DNA of 64,000 nucleotides from the NCBI GenBank assembly GCA_977020255.1, contig CDROCS010002813.1:1-64000 (forward strand), written 5' to 3'. Origin of the DNA: Obrimoposthia wandeli. Lineage: Eukaryota. The notes below the pieces were generated by a model that had not been told where the DNA came from, searched no databases, and saw only the letters and a list, made by a program, of their open reading frames with translations. The position numbers were made by a program, and so were the translations under genes. Each line of letters starts with the position of its first letter. The stretch's first letter is position 1. Positions 51,086 to 64,000 of this stretch are shown here, piece after piece.

Positions 51086-51098
51086 TTAAGGGGCCATT

Positions 51099-51527
51099 AT
51101 GCCAGCATTAACACCGGGGATTTATAATCAGGCAATCGTAACTGCACTATTAGATGGTGTTCCAGTTACAGGGTTAGCTGATGGTGATTCTATTCGGATT
51201 ACATTCCCAACAGATAGCACAACAGTAACTGCTCCGGGTGTCGGTAGCCGAAGAGGTTCAACTTCTTTTGCTCTTGATAAGTCCGGAACGGCTCAAATTG
51301 ATTATAAAACATCATCATTATCATTGGATTTTCCTTTGCGACGATATAAAGCTCAACAGTCTGGGTTAGCCACAACATTTGATGGTTATGTCATTGACGG
51401 CTCAGGCCGAGCTTATAATCTAGACGGATGTTCTATTCAGTCAATTGGAGTACCTACAATGGGTGGAAAAGTTGAACAAATACAAACTATAACTTTAACA
51501 TTTGAATACGGTGAGCCAGCACTATGA
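51099..51527 (+). CDS. Tail tube (copy 2)
   Basis: Identical to 15260-15688. Confidence 0.8.
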   Translation: MPALTPGIYNQAIVTALLDGVPVTGLADGDSIRITFPTDSTTVTAPGVGSRRGSTSFALDKSGTAQIDYKTSSLSLDFPLRRYKAQQSGLATTFDGYVIDGSGRAYNLDGCSIQSIGVPTMGGKVEQIQTITLTFEYGEPAL

Positions 51528-52167
51528 GAAACAAAATATTTTCTAGTCATACAATAGCCGGAAGACATTATGAATTAACAAAACTTCCTATTATTACGTC
51601 AGGAAGAATAGCCGCGAGAGTTGGTGCTAAGTTAGTTCCTGCTATCACAAGTATTAGTATTCCCGATATTCAAAGTTGTAAAGACGGCGATGTAGATTCT
51701 ATTAAAAAAGCCCTAGGTTCTTTATCCGGTGTTTTAGATAAAATAGATCCTGAGCTTATTTTTGATGATGCTATGGAATGCATAAGAAATGGATGCACTG
51801 TTGATGGCACTCCTATCACTCAGCATCATGATTTTGAAAAGCATTTTTCTGAATACCCCCAAGATTTATTCCCAGCTCTTATTTGGGCATTGAAGGAGAA
51901 TGTAGGTGGTTTTTTCGACCTCGCCGCTCTCTTCCAAAGCAAGAAGCAAGAGAGCGATACGGAGTAGCTCTACCTGAAGGTTTTCAGATTGATTATATGT
52001 TTGATCGTTTAATTAGCAGTGGTATGTGCACGTATGAGCAACTAATGGATAATAAATTCGATTGGATAAATATCTGGGAAATGCAGGATATGTTGGATTT
52101 AAGAGATTATATCGATTGGGAATCACACGTAGTAGCTACAGAGAGGTCTAAAAATGGCGGTAGTTGA
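51524..52167 (+). CDS. Tail assembly chaperone with -1 frameshift extension (copy 2)
   Basis: Slippery site and stem are identical in both copies. Confidence 0.75.
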
Positions 52168-54163
52168 TGAACTAATAACAATCCTTGGTCTTGAGGTCGA
52201 TAAAAAAGCGGCTAGTGAAGCGAAAGGCTTTGGAAAGGTAGTCAGCGGAACTAAGGATGTTGTTGTTAAGTTAGGGGCTGCTTTAGTTATAGCTGAAGGG
52301 CTATTCTTTCATATACAGTTGCTTTAGCTTCTAGCTTGGATGTTCAGGGGAAATTTAGTGAATCAACTGGTGTAGCTTTTGAGGAGCTTCAGGCGCTACA
52401 GTTTGCTAGTCAAATATCCGGTGGGTCTGTCTCTGATATGAATTCAGACCTTGAAAATTTAACTAAAACTATGTCTAGCCCGATACCGGGAGAGTATAAC
52501 GAAACATTATTAATGCTTGGTATCAATACCCGAAAAGCTAGCGGTGAAATGAAAACCGCCGATCAGGTATTATTAGATTTATCTGATCGCTTTGAAGGTT
52601 TGGGTGCCCAAAAATCAGCTCAACTTGGTGATAAATTAGGGTTAACAGATTCAACTATTCGATTATTAAGATTAGGCCGAGATGGAATAGCCGAGTTAAC
52701 AGATGAAGCTAAGAGTCTTGGTGGGGTTTTGGGTGCTGATGCAGCAAAAGATGCCGCCGCTTTTAATGATTCATTACTTAGAGTTAGATTTAGTTTAAAA
52801 GGTATTGTAGATACAACAAGTGCATCATTATTTCCTGCAATGGGTGATGCACTTGATATTTTTACTGAATGGATTGGGCAAAACAAAGAATTCATTAGTA
52901 TAGGGTTAGAGCAGGTTATAAATGGAGTCGCGAAAGGATTTGATATTTTTAGCGTTGCTGCAATGGAGGTTCTTGATATTGTCTCTAGTCTTATACCTGA
53001 TTTCGACAGTTTTACTGGTGCTCTTGATGCTACTAATACAGTAGCTGTTACTGTTGCAATTGCGCTTGGCATTCTTGCAACTCAAGCACTAATTGCTGCA
53101 GCTCCATTTATTGCTGCTGGTCTTGCAATTGCTGGAGTAGTTTTAGTTCTTGAAGATTTATATACAGCATTTGAAGGTGGCGATTCTGTTATTGGTGGAT
53201 TCGTTAGTCAATTTACTGAAAAATTTCCTTTAATAACAAAAGCTTTAAAAGAGGTTGCTGATTTTATTCAAGATATATTTATTGGAACAGTAGATTCTAT
53301 TGTTGATGCTTTTAGTTCTGTAATTAGTTTTGTATCAAAAATTGGAAGTTTAATCGGGGGAAGTATTGTTGAAGGATTGAGGATTTGGAAGCATCACTTG
53401 GTGATGTTAGCTCTAATGCTAATTCTTTACCAAGTCCGAATGTATCGCCCTCAGTTATATCTAATGCTCAAACTAATACATCCAATTCAAATATAACTAT
53501 GAATATAAATGGAGCTGGAAATCCTGCCATTGTTGGCAATGAAGTTGTAAATAAAATGGGATTAGCAAATTCTCCAAGTCTTGTTGGTATTGCTCCTCTT
53601 AGTCAATAAGGATGGTTTAACGTGGCAACTATATTTAACAGTGGAACTCCTGTCATTGTAGCAAATATCGAAATTGATCAAAGAACTGGGGAGTATCATT
53701 CTGCATCAGCTCAAAAAACTAAGTTTGCTACTGAAAGCGGAAGTAATCGAAGTGATCACATCGTACTTGATGATGATAAGGTTGAACTTACATTTGTTAT
53801 TGAAAATAAAGATGATGATTTTACAGCTTACGGAACTAGAGCAGCAGTTCAGTTTGAGAAATTAAAAAGTGCATTAAGAGAGCGAAAGCTTTTTGATGTT
53901 GTAACCTGTGATGATCTTCATACATCCATGGCGGTATCAAATATTTCTGCAGAAAATACTAGTCCTTTTCAGGAAGATTGACAGGTAGAGTCTCATTTGA
54001 AAAATTTAATGAAACTAGTATTGATGTTGTTGAAATTCCTGCCAAGCAATTAAATGGAACAGCAAAGCAATCTGCATCTAGTAGTATAGATTCAGGAAGG
54101 CAAGAGCCGGAATCGGTTACTCTAGACCAACAATCATCATTATTAAATCAGCTATTCAGTTAA
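52154..54163 (+). pseudogene. Tape measure and Dit-like genes, copy 2, frameshifted
   Basis: Indels relative to 16315-18327. Confidence 0.8.
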
Positions 54164-54174
54164 CGGAAGTCTTT

Positions 54175-54549
54175 ATGTTAGTAATTCCAGTGAATAATTC
54201 AGGCGATAGAGTATTTAGCATACAATTGGGTGGAAATACTATTAAAATAAGAACTTACTTTAATAGTGTGATCGATTATTGGTATGCTGATTTTTATACA
54301 GAAACAGATACTCCAATACTGTTAGGGGTAACGGTAAAGTCGGGAGTCAATCTTTTTGGAATTCGCCCAAGCATTCAAACTAAGTATGGCCAAATGAGAA
54401 TGACAAATTCAGCTAAAGGAGTAAATTCATTAGGGACCACTGCAAAAATGTTGTGGCTAACAAATGATGAATATGAGGAACCGATCATTGATGCATCAAC
54501 GTTACCTCTTGCATATGATCTTAATTTACTATTTCCGGAGGTACAATGA
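54175..54549 (+). CDS. Baseplate protein (copy 2)
   Basis: Identical to 18339-18713. Confidence 0.7.
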   Translation: MLVIPVNNSGDRVFSIQLGGNTIKIRTYFNSVIDYWYADFYTETDTPILLGVTVKSGVNLFGIRPSIQTKYGQMRMTNSAKGVNSLGTTAKMLWLTNDEYEEPIIDASTLPLAYDLNLLFPEVQ

Positions 54550-55403
54550 TTAGACAAGTTCAGGTTTTAATTGGACCGCTAAAAGATACTGACAACGGTG
54601 ATATATCTCAAGCTCTAAGCATTGTATCAACAGGGAGTGATAAAGACCTTCGAGTATCATTTAGCGTCAGTAAGAACATCGTAGGCACCCCCAATGAAAC
54701 AACATTAGTATTAACTAATTTATCTAGTGACACTAGAAAGAAGCTCCAAACAAGCCAAGTAGCTGTTGAAATATATTTTGGTTATGTCGGGAATGAACTT
54801 AAACGAGTATCAAAGGGTGGTTTGTTATCTGCAGTAAGCAAGAGGAACGGAGCGGATATTGAAACAACTATTTCGGTAATAGATGGCTATGGGGCTGTTT
54901 TAAGTTCATTTTATAACAAATCATTTTCGGGTAGAGTTTCGGTTCAAGATGTTGTTGTTGAGATAGCTAAAACCCTTAATGGGGTTAGTATCGGTGAAGT
55001 TAATGTAAAAGGATTACTTGCTAATAAAGGCCGTGTATTTAGCGGAGGAAGCACTGATCATTTAAATGTTCTTGCTGACAATTTTAACTTTAGCTGGTCT
55101 ATTCAAGATGGAATATTTCAAGCGATTGATGATGATACTGCTACAAGTCAGATTTATGTATTAGATAGTAAGCAGAATTTAATTAGTGTTACTCCTATTC
55201 TTAACGGTAAATTCCAAGCATTTGTTGGTGTTGAGATTGTTGCGGTGTTAGATCCCCGTATAAAGCCGGGTGATTTAGTTCGAGTTAGTTCTACTGTTAA
55301 TCCAGAATTGAATAATGATTATAAAGTGACAGAATGCCAACTTACAGGAAGCTCTCATGATGGTGATTCAAAGATTCAAATTAAATCACTAAGGATATTA
55401 TAA
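54546..55403 (+). CDS. Baseplate hub (copy 2)
   Basis: Identical to 18710-19567. Confidence 0.75.
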   Translation: MIRQVQVLIGPLKDTDNGDISQALSIVSTGSDKDLRVSFSVSKNIVGTPNETTLVLTNLSSDTRKKLQTSQVAVEIYFGYVGNELKRVSKGGLLSAVSKRNGADIETTISVIDGYGAVLSSFYNKSFSGRVSVQDVVVEIAKTLNGVSIGEVNVKGLLANKGRVFSGGSTDHLNVLADNFNFSWSIQDGIFQAIDDDTATSQIYVLDSKQNLISVTPILNGKFQAFVGVEIVAVLDPRIKPGDLVRVSSTVNPELNNDYKVTECQLTGSSHDGDSKIQIKSLRIL

Positions 55404-58400
55404 TGACAATTAATACTACGTCCTCGTCTGATTTTGATGCTGCTTCTAGATTGTTTGATCGAAAAAGTCTTTCCCTAAGAACTTTTATGCCTGCAATAGT
55501 TGATTCTGAACCAAAGAAGAATGGTCACGTTTGGTGTGTTGACGTTATTCCTGCTATTCGTCAAATAATTACCATTGATGATGTTCAATCTAATAAAGAA
55601 ATGCCTAAGATCCCAAATGTCCCAATAATGCAGGCGTCATCAGAAACGCTAGGCCTATCTGTAACGGTTCCTATAAAGAAAGGTGATGAATGTTGGATTC
55701 TAGTTTGTGATCGCTCTATTGATAACTGGCAGCTAGATGGTGGGATTCAGAATCAAGTATCTGAAACAGTTGCGAGGCATCATGATTTAACTGATGCGGT
55801 TTGCCTTCCATTTGGTCTTAATGTTTCAGGATTACCATCTTATAATAATGATGCAATATATATAGGTGGAAATATAACAAACGTAACAATTGATGATTCA
55901 AAAATTAAAATGACAGATGGAACCGGTTCTGTTGAGTTATCTGGCGGAGTTTTAAAAATAAATGCAGATGTTGATATAACTGGAAGCACAACCCAAGAAG
56001 GTAACACCACTCAAACAGGTGATATAACGCTAACTGGTAATCTAACTGTAACAGGTAATATAACTGCAACCGGAGCGATTTCTGGAGCTACAGTTAACGC
56101 GGCTACGTCATTAATAGTTGCAGGTAAAGAGCAAAAGCGGACATAAACACTCTTCGGGTTCTTATGAAGTTGGCCCAACCGAACCAGTTACAGGAACATC
56201 AGGTGAATCAGTATGAGTGAATTTAGCTTTTTATTAAATCAGGGGTCAAGAGATTACAAAATCAATGCGTCTGGTCGGATTGTTCTTTCTACCCAATTGA
56301 CACAGTAAAAGATAGAATTTATACGCGATTATATACAGAGTTAGGCGAATGGTATTTAGATAATGGGGTTGGTGTTCCATATTATGGTGATGATGGAATT
56401 TTGGGAGTAAAAACAAGCAGATGAAATTGAGCTATACTTAGGGCGCAAATTCTTAGCGTTGATGGTGTTATAAGAATAGATTCATTTACAATCAATCTAG
56501 TTAATCGAGATGCAGTTAACAGTAAAATCAAGTGTGGCTGTACTAATTAATGGAACAGAGCAGTTAATAGAGGTGTCTTTATGACGTTTGGTGTAAATAG
56601 TGATGGATGGTCATAAACGTCTAGAGGACATTCTGGAGGAATCAGAAACAGAATTATCACTGATAGAAGATCCTCAATCTGGAAATAAATTAAATCCTAA
56701 TTTTAATTCAGATGATCCTGCGATGCAGGTTGTTAAAGCACCATTAAATCAAACATCATTGGTTGGGAGGCTGCAAAGTTAGCTTATGACCAATACAATC
56801 CATTTTTTTGCCGTGGGTCCATCAGTTGATGCAATTGCAGAAAATAACAGAATAGAACGATTAGAAGCCCAACCAACCATAATTCAAATTGAAGTAGTTG
56901 ACACTGTTGGAGCAACCATGACAGCAGGCAAAACAATTTCAGATGCATTCGAAACTTTATTTTTAACAACAGATGAAGATATTATTTTTGAAGCTAACAC
57001 TAACAATAACCTCTGCAACCGCAACCGTTACAGGGTCACAAATAATAAGCAATGGATCGATCATAAAAGATAGTAACCCCATCGGCAGGATTCAGTAGAC
57101 AATACAGCCCAACTGACAACTGGACGCTCAGAAGAGGAAGATGATGAATTAGAAGCAAGAAGAAAGCTTTCAAATGCAGCTCCTTCAGCCTCTCCAGTTG
57201 AATCTGTATTTTCAAACCTGATAATGTTCCGGTGTTGAATATAAAGAAAGGGTCTATATAAATAAATATTGCTATCTATTGATGGCAAGAGGAATACCCG
57301 CCAAAACTGAAGCGGTGCGATTCAGGGAGGGGATGATAATGATATTGCTCGAACTATTCTTGCTAGAAGCGGAGCAACCGCAGAGTTTTTCGGTGATGTA
57401 ACTATTGTTTTGTTCGACGTTCAAGGCGAGCCAACAACAATAAAATTCTAGCCGCCCAACCCCTATTGATATGACGGTTGATGTTAATATCACTGTAACT
57501 AACGCATCATTATTTTCCCTCTGATGCCATAGACAGGGATAAAAAAGAAAAACATTGTTACTTACGCTAAGTTTGGTTCTGATGCACTTGGTACTACGTC
57601 TGGATTTAACGAAGACGGATTTCCCCGGGCGAAATCCAGTGATTGTAAGTAGATTTTACACTCCAGTTAATGAGATTCCGGTCACAAAATAAATACTTTA
57701 ACAGTCAATGGTGTACCAGATATCCCTTTGGTATTAATTTTAATGTGAAGTTTCTAATTTTGATGTATCTAATATTAATGTAGTAGTGAGTTAGTTATGA
57801 GTTGTGATTACTCAATTTATCAGCAAAAATTTCGAGAAGCAACTGTGATCTTACATTAGAAAAACTTTAGACGCTCAGTTGTATTATTTAGCATGTCTAC
57901 TGTTATTGTCAATCAGGCTGGATGATTTATATACAGCGACGTCTATCGAAGGGCTTCCACAGCGTTGCTTGGAATTTTGGTGCTTGGTGAGCAGTTGGAT
58001 GTAATTGGGGAAATTATTGGCCAAGATAGAGTTCTGAGAATTTCTAAAAAATTGGTTTCAATTTGATGAATTCAAACCTCGGCTTGATGTTGCCATTTTA
58101 TGTGTAACTGGTGCCTGTTGGTGTGATTTACCAGCTGATGATTTTGAGTATAGACAATTAATAAAAAGCTCGAATCTTTAAAAATCATGTTAAATACGGC
58201 CTGAAGTTCCTGAGATTATGCAGTTTGCTAAAATATTATATAATATTGATATTCTATTAGAAAAGAGGGTCTTAGTGATTTAACTGTATTAGTTCCAGAA
58301 TCTACACCTTATATTATCAAAACTTAATTTCATTTAAAGACACGCTACAAAATGACAAAGAATACTTTTACCAATACCGTCAACCGGAAGAATAGTAAAA

Positions 58401-61400
58401 TATATTAGAAAATTAAATCCTCCTTTTTCATTTGATAGCTTGGGCAAGGATTTGATGAAGGTAAGTTTTCGGTTGGATATTATAATTTAAAAGGAAATAA
58501 AATGGCAGCTCCAATATTTATTGATGTAACAACAAAATATCAATCAATTTATGCTCTCTCTCTGAATTGCTCTAGGGGCATTGGTTCATATTGATTGCTC
58601 ACTATCAAGAAGTGGACCCATTGCTGTATTAAGTTCTGATACAGAACCTAATGATTCTTTGCCGGGGATTCCGATGCAGCAAGTGATAGGATTTGATACC
58701 GAATCTAATGATGTTGATGCATGGGTTAGAGGTAACGCGTGAAAACTTTCTTTATCATCTCACTTATTCCTGAAGGGATAAAATTATGGTTAAAAGAGTT
58801 ACTGGTTCAGAATCAACAAGTTCAGGTTCTGGAATACCAGATGCACCCCTTCTGGATGGAGAACTTATGTCAGAAAAGATGGTGGGGTGGACTAGTTTTA
58901 ATGAATCCAGCAATATCTCTTTAGATCGTTCTTTTGCTAGGAGTTAGATAGAACTATATCTCTATCTGGAACAACTGATCCAAAATATCGGTAATGGTTG
59001 CTATTGATATAGCAAAAGTGGCTGGTTCTGGCTCTTAATCGGCACAGCACCAGAGACAAATCTAGTTAATGGTAGTCTTAGAATGTTCTTGAGTCGATAA
59101 ATTCAATCCAAACTGCTGCATTCTTAAGAACAAGATTTCAAGCTAGTGATGTGGTTGTTATCGGAATTGGTATTAGACCCATTGTCCCCTGCCAAGCCTA
59201 GCTGGGGGAAATCTCACCAAGTGGAACTTTAGTTTCTAGATTTGTAGATGCAGCAAGAGGAGAGGAGCACAAGAGAAGCTTACATTTCAACTTCCATATT
59301 TTCCAGTTGGGAAACTGATTCTTTCTGCCAAGGCAGAGGTTGGGGATGAAATATTTTTAGTTGCTTGGACTGAAGAGTCTGGATGATTCATCTGTGGTTT
59401 TTGATGATATAATTTTTACAGCTCGCGCTTTCAATTAATAATTTTAGGAAGGAATAAATAATGGCTTCAACAAGAGACTTTAAGGCTCCAGTTGTTTTCG
59501 CAGAAAATGCCGATACAGTAATACCTCCAACGCCAACTCAAGGTCAATCATACCGAGATGTGAAACAAGTACAACTGAACAGTTGATACAAGATGGAATG
59601 AATACAACACAATCGCCGATTCAGCGACTCTATTTAACCAATTTCAATATATGTTAACTAAATTTGCTCAAGAGGTCGAGCGACTGGCATTCTTGGGCTG
59701 GTCAGACTTGGTGGATTACAAATTACATGCTAGATGCATAGGTAGTAATGGGGTTGAATATCGAGCAAAGGTAGCTAACGGGCCGAATGGAGGAGGAGTG
59801 GCAGATCCAATAAGCTCTAGTGTTGAATGGCAGGAGGTTAGACCGCAATTTGGGATTGATGAAACTGTATTTATTGCAGCAGATCGAACGCCGAACGAGC
59901 AGGGCTATCTTGGCACACATGGGTTCAAATTGAAGCAGGCGCATCACTAGGAGCTGTAATGCAGGCGACCCATTAATAGGAACTATTACTGGGGATAACG
60001 ACCCAGACGTACCATTAAAGGAACACGCTCACATTGTTACATTTTCTGGTAATGCTTACCTCTACTGGGCATGAATTAAATATTGACTGGATTGGAATCT
60101 CTGGCAGTAATAATCTTTCAGGGGGTGGCACTGGCTGAATAAAGACCAACAGGCCCACAACAACCGTTTCCAGCAGGCACTCCAACTGGCTCAGTTTCAG
60201 TTCAAAAATGCAGGTGACGCAGTAGGTACATTTAACGTTCAAGGTAAGGTACTTTAATGGCGTTTGGTGGAAACGAACAGCATAATAAATTACTGCATTA
60301 AAGTTATGATGCGAGAAGCAAATTTCATTTTTAGATACTTTTTTATTTTTCAGTCTGATAATTTTGTAATGTATTTTTACTCTTTTGGAATAAATGTTTT
60401 GTTGAGCTATTGATTTTAATAATTTTCTTGGCATTCTTGAAGAGATGACAATATTAGAGCAAAAAGAATAAGTCCCACATAGTTTGTATTTAGTAAGCCA
60501 TGTGTCAACTTGAATTGAAAACTCCATTTTTATTTGCTCTATTCATAAGCATATCCGCAAAATAAGGTGTAATTCCGTAACTATACAAATTTCTGGTAAA
60601 AACCCATTTTCTTTTTAAAGGTAGAATCTATAGATTCACGACCACCAGTCTTCAGAGAAAGATATAACGCCATATTTGATAATCTCAATATTAAGTTTAT
60701 GTAAATTAGTCTTGTAGTGGATTAAAGCGTTATTCTCAATTATTAATGCAGGTTCTAATGATTTAGAAACCATTTCCCAAGCTAAATAATGCTTTCCATG
60801 CTGCAAACTGTCCAATCGAAAGTGGTCTTGATTGAAAAGATAGCTGCTCTATTCTTGTAGGTATTATTTTCTACTGATTAGGATTATCTTGAGGGGTGTA
60901 GTCATAAACCTCAGAAATCAATATCTTTAAGTTGATTTGATATACTTTCTTCCCCATCTGCGTCCCCACTTGTTAGAACTATTATTCTCATTAATATTAC
61001 TCTCTTTTAATTGACTTTATTTATTTTCAAAATAAAACCTTACTTTTAACTAATAAACCCAATGATCACCCAAAAGCCAAACCCACGCAAGCGAATTACC
61101 CCACCTGTAAATTACACCCTATCAAAAGTTCATTCTCTCTAACGAGAGATAATAATAAATATCTACTGGCTTATTATCTGAGTAAGATATACAAATCTAA
61201 AGCAAGATGATACCCCTCAAAAAATAGCCCTTGCGCAATTTGCGCGTAAAGCCTTGCGTTATCGCAGGGCTTTTTTGTTTAATAACTTAGCTCAAGCCAA
61301 AAACAATACAGAAATAGATTAAAATATAACCGCTCAAAAACGACCGTTTTTGAATACAAAAATGAGATACTATCATAAATATATCCAAAACTGCAATCAA

Positions 61401-64000
61401 AAACCCCCTTTATATTAAAGAACGCATGATATATAATGAACACCCCATTTTGAACACGCAAGTTACAATGTCACGTATTTTTGGATACGGTAGAGCATTT
61501 TACCACAGAACAAACTCTAGAGCTAAACAATTAACAGTTATTAGAAACAACGGGCATGACGTTGCTGATGGGCGTTTCATAACTGATGAAATAAGCGGTA
61601 GCGTGTGCGCACGAATCAAACTCAACTTCAAAAATCTAATTGAGAATAAAATAGAAAAGGGTGATTCCCTTATCATTCAAGGCAAATTAGATCGTTTAGG
61701 TCGGATAATATAGATATTCAAAAACGATATCAATGCTGCTCCAGTATGGGGGTGAATGCTTTTATATTGATTTGCCAGTTTCAGACCTTAGTACGTCAGA
61801 GGGGAAATTGATGCTCCAGATGTTTGCTGTTATTTTGCAGAATTTGAAAGGAATCGTATATCAGAGAGAACTAAAGAGGCGTTAGCTCAAAAGAAGAAAG
61901 ATGGTGTAAAGCTTGGTAGGCCAAAATTGTGATTTATAAGAAAAAGTTCAATCATTAAAGAGTGAAGGCAAAAGCCAAAGTATGATCTCAACGTCATTAG
62001 ACGTTAGCATATCAACAGTTCGTCGTAACTGGAATTAAGGTTGAAAATGGAAAAAGTATATATAGAGAAATTTACTAGTGAAAGTGGAGCTTAACATCGC
62101 CATCTATAGCATCAAGGCTTTTTATATAGATTAACCGGGGGCGCTCATGGTGAAGAGCAATCGATTAAGCTAGATGAAGATAAAATGGCTAGATATTCTA
62201 CTGGCAAGCCACAACAACCACTTTGTAAATAAGTTCTTAATGACTGATGTGCACTCCAGCGCACATTAATTCGCCGTTGTTATTCATTCCTAGTTAACCG
62301 TTACGATAATGAGTAATTTGATTTATTAAAATATTAAATTTATTGATCGACATCTTACCTTCAATGATATTAGTATCATTATTTTGATTAATTATGTAAA
62401 AGTCTTTATTATTAAATACTTAGATCCCCCAATTTACAGGTAGACTTAACTGCTATCTGTAAGTTTTATCTATACTTAAAGGAATAATCATCATGAAGAT
62501 TATAGAGGCTTATTATGAATAACGGATGAAATCAATCGCTATGTGGTTTTTTGCAATGATTAGCAGTATTGAAGCAAGTGGAGCTATCCAGTTTATCTCT
62601 GGATTATTGGCATCGTTGCTGGTATTTCTGCTTGTAGATATTATATGGAGGCTAAAAATCTACAAAAAAAATTGAAAGATTAATTAACGAGGAAAAATTA
62701 AAGAAATTAAATAAACAGTATGAGGTTTAAATAAATGAAAAGTTATTATCAAAACAGCATGCTCTGTTATGATTGTTCTCGGTATTGTTTTTGGTCAAGA
62801 CTATGGATTAAGTACCAGTGTTAATGGGCTAGGAGACATTGCAAACCTTGAAGGGTGCAGAAATAATACCAATGTAGTGTGCGGGAACATGGACTAATGG
62901 AATTGGTCATACATCTGGTGTAAATAATGGTGATGTAGTTAACAATAATCAAATTGCTGATAATTTCATTCATGATGTTTCACATGCAGAAAGAGTTGTT
63001 AATAAGTATCTAGACGTCAAAGTTACACAGTCACAATTTGATATTATGGTTTCATTGTATTTAACTCGGCCAAGGAAATTTTCAACACTCAACTATGACA
63101 GTTCAATGCTACCCATCCAATTGCTGCATGTAATGAATTAATGAGGTGGGTCTATACTAATGGTAATAATTGTAATGAAAAATCAAAGCAATTGTGTCTT
63201 TGGGATAGTTAAGCGGAGAATGATCGAAAAACGCTTGCTTGAATGGATGGTAAACAAATGGGCATAAATAAATAATACTTACCACTTTGATTTATTACAA
63301 TGATACCATTAGTATAGCTTTTTAACTACTTTTGTATCTGTATGGTAAATAAACTTGAAGAGCTGGTAAAGTCAAAGCAGGTTGAAGAAATTCCGGCAAT
63401 TGATAAAAAATAAAACCCAAGTGAGATCATTGAATCAATGAATAGTGATCGCAAAGAGAATCAAGGATAACCGTGATAATCTTCATAGTGAGATTGATAG
63501 ACTAAATAAAAAATCTCAAAAGTCAGAACAGTGATCAAGGATAAATTATAAATGAACCGTGTTATAACGTCGTTATTCCTTATTCTGATAATCTCGATGC
63601 ACTGTATGAACTAAAACAATAATCGAATATAGAGAGGTTCGTAAAGCCACCAGAAGCACTTTTGACTGTATGTATAAAGCCATTCAATAAAAAAGATCTA
63701 AAAATATATGAGAAGCTGTAAGAGAGAGATGAGGTTTGGAATAATCATTTCAATCAATGTGCAAATAAAAGTAAATGCAATTCGGGAATTTTTTATAAAA
63801 AGTCAAAACATTAACAATTATTTTCTATGTATAATAAAAAGTATGTGATTTTAATGTCTCCTTACTATGCAGAGGATTTATGAAGCATTCTTGAAAGCAA
63901 ATGGTGGTATGGTCACATTAATGACAACAATCATTGGGTGTTGGTTTTGGATTACTAGCAGCATGGCAGATCTTCAAGTTGAACAAGCGGAGAAATTCCA
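55403..64000. pseudogene. Indel-riddled copy 2 of spike, baseplate, fibre, GT25, resolvase and lysis genes
   Basis: Collinear with 19567-28130; reading frames broken throughout. Confidence 0.85.

Larger units (their letters stand above)
43604..64000. repeat. Duplicate of 7762-~28130 (minor head to post-spanin gene), error rate rising toward the end
   Basis: ORFs identical at an offset of about 35.84 kb. Dense indels after about 56 kb. Confidence 0.97.

Noticed and set aside
1-64000. tRNA, rRNA, IS transposase, toxin-antitoxin or restriction-modification genes
   Set aside because: No recognisable signatures seen.

Overview
The window holds no host chromosome. It is about 1.79 head-to-tail copies of one AT-rich 35,842-bp unit (7762 corresponds to 43604, 8595 to 44437). 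Both ends (about 1-7100 and, increasingly, 44400-64000) carry frameshifting indels, while the core 7762-43607 is clean. This pattern fits an untrimmed long-read assembly of a circular element. The unit is a temperate myovirus-type phage-plasmid. It has a full head and contractile-tail gene set and a holin/SAR-endolysin/spanin cassette. It also carries an iteron-type Rep_3 replicon (five 22-bp iterons, DnaA box, AT-rich tract), a type Ib ParA plus small adaptor partition locus with 8-bp centromere repeats, and three site-specific recombinases. The lysis genes and DnaA box point to a Gram-negative, probably gammaproteobacterial, host (inference). Notable points: a GT25 glycosyltransferase moron behind the tail fibre; a -1 frameshift signal in the tail chaperone; and a conserved ~15-nt linker at about eight gene junctions of the accessory block, including an exact 23-bp repeat that brackets one unannotated gene like an excisable cassette. 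No recognisable CI repressor or lytic replication gene is present. Family assignments come from motif recognition by eye, not database searches.
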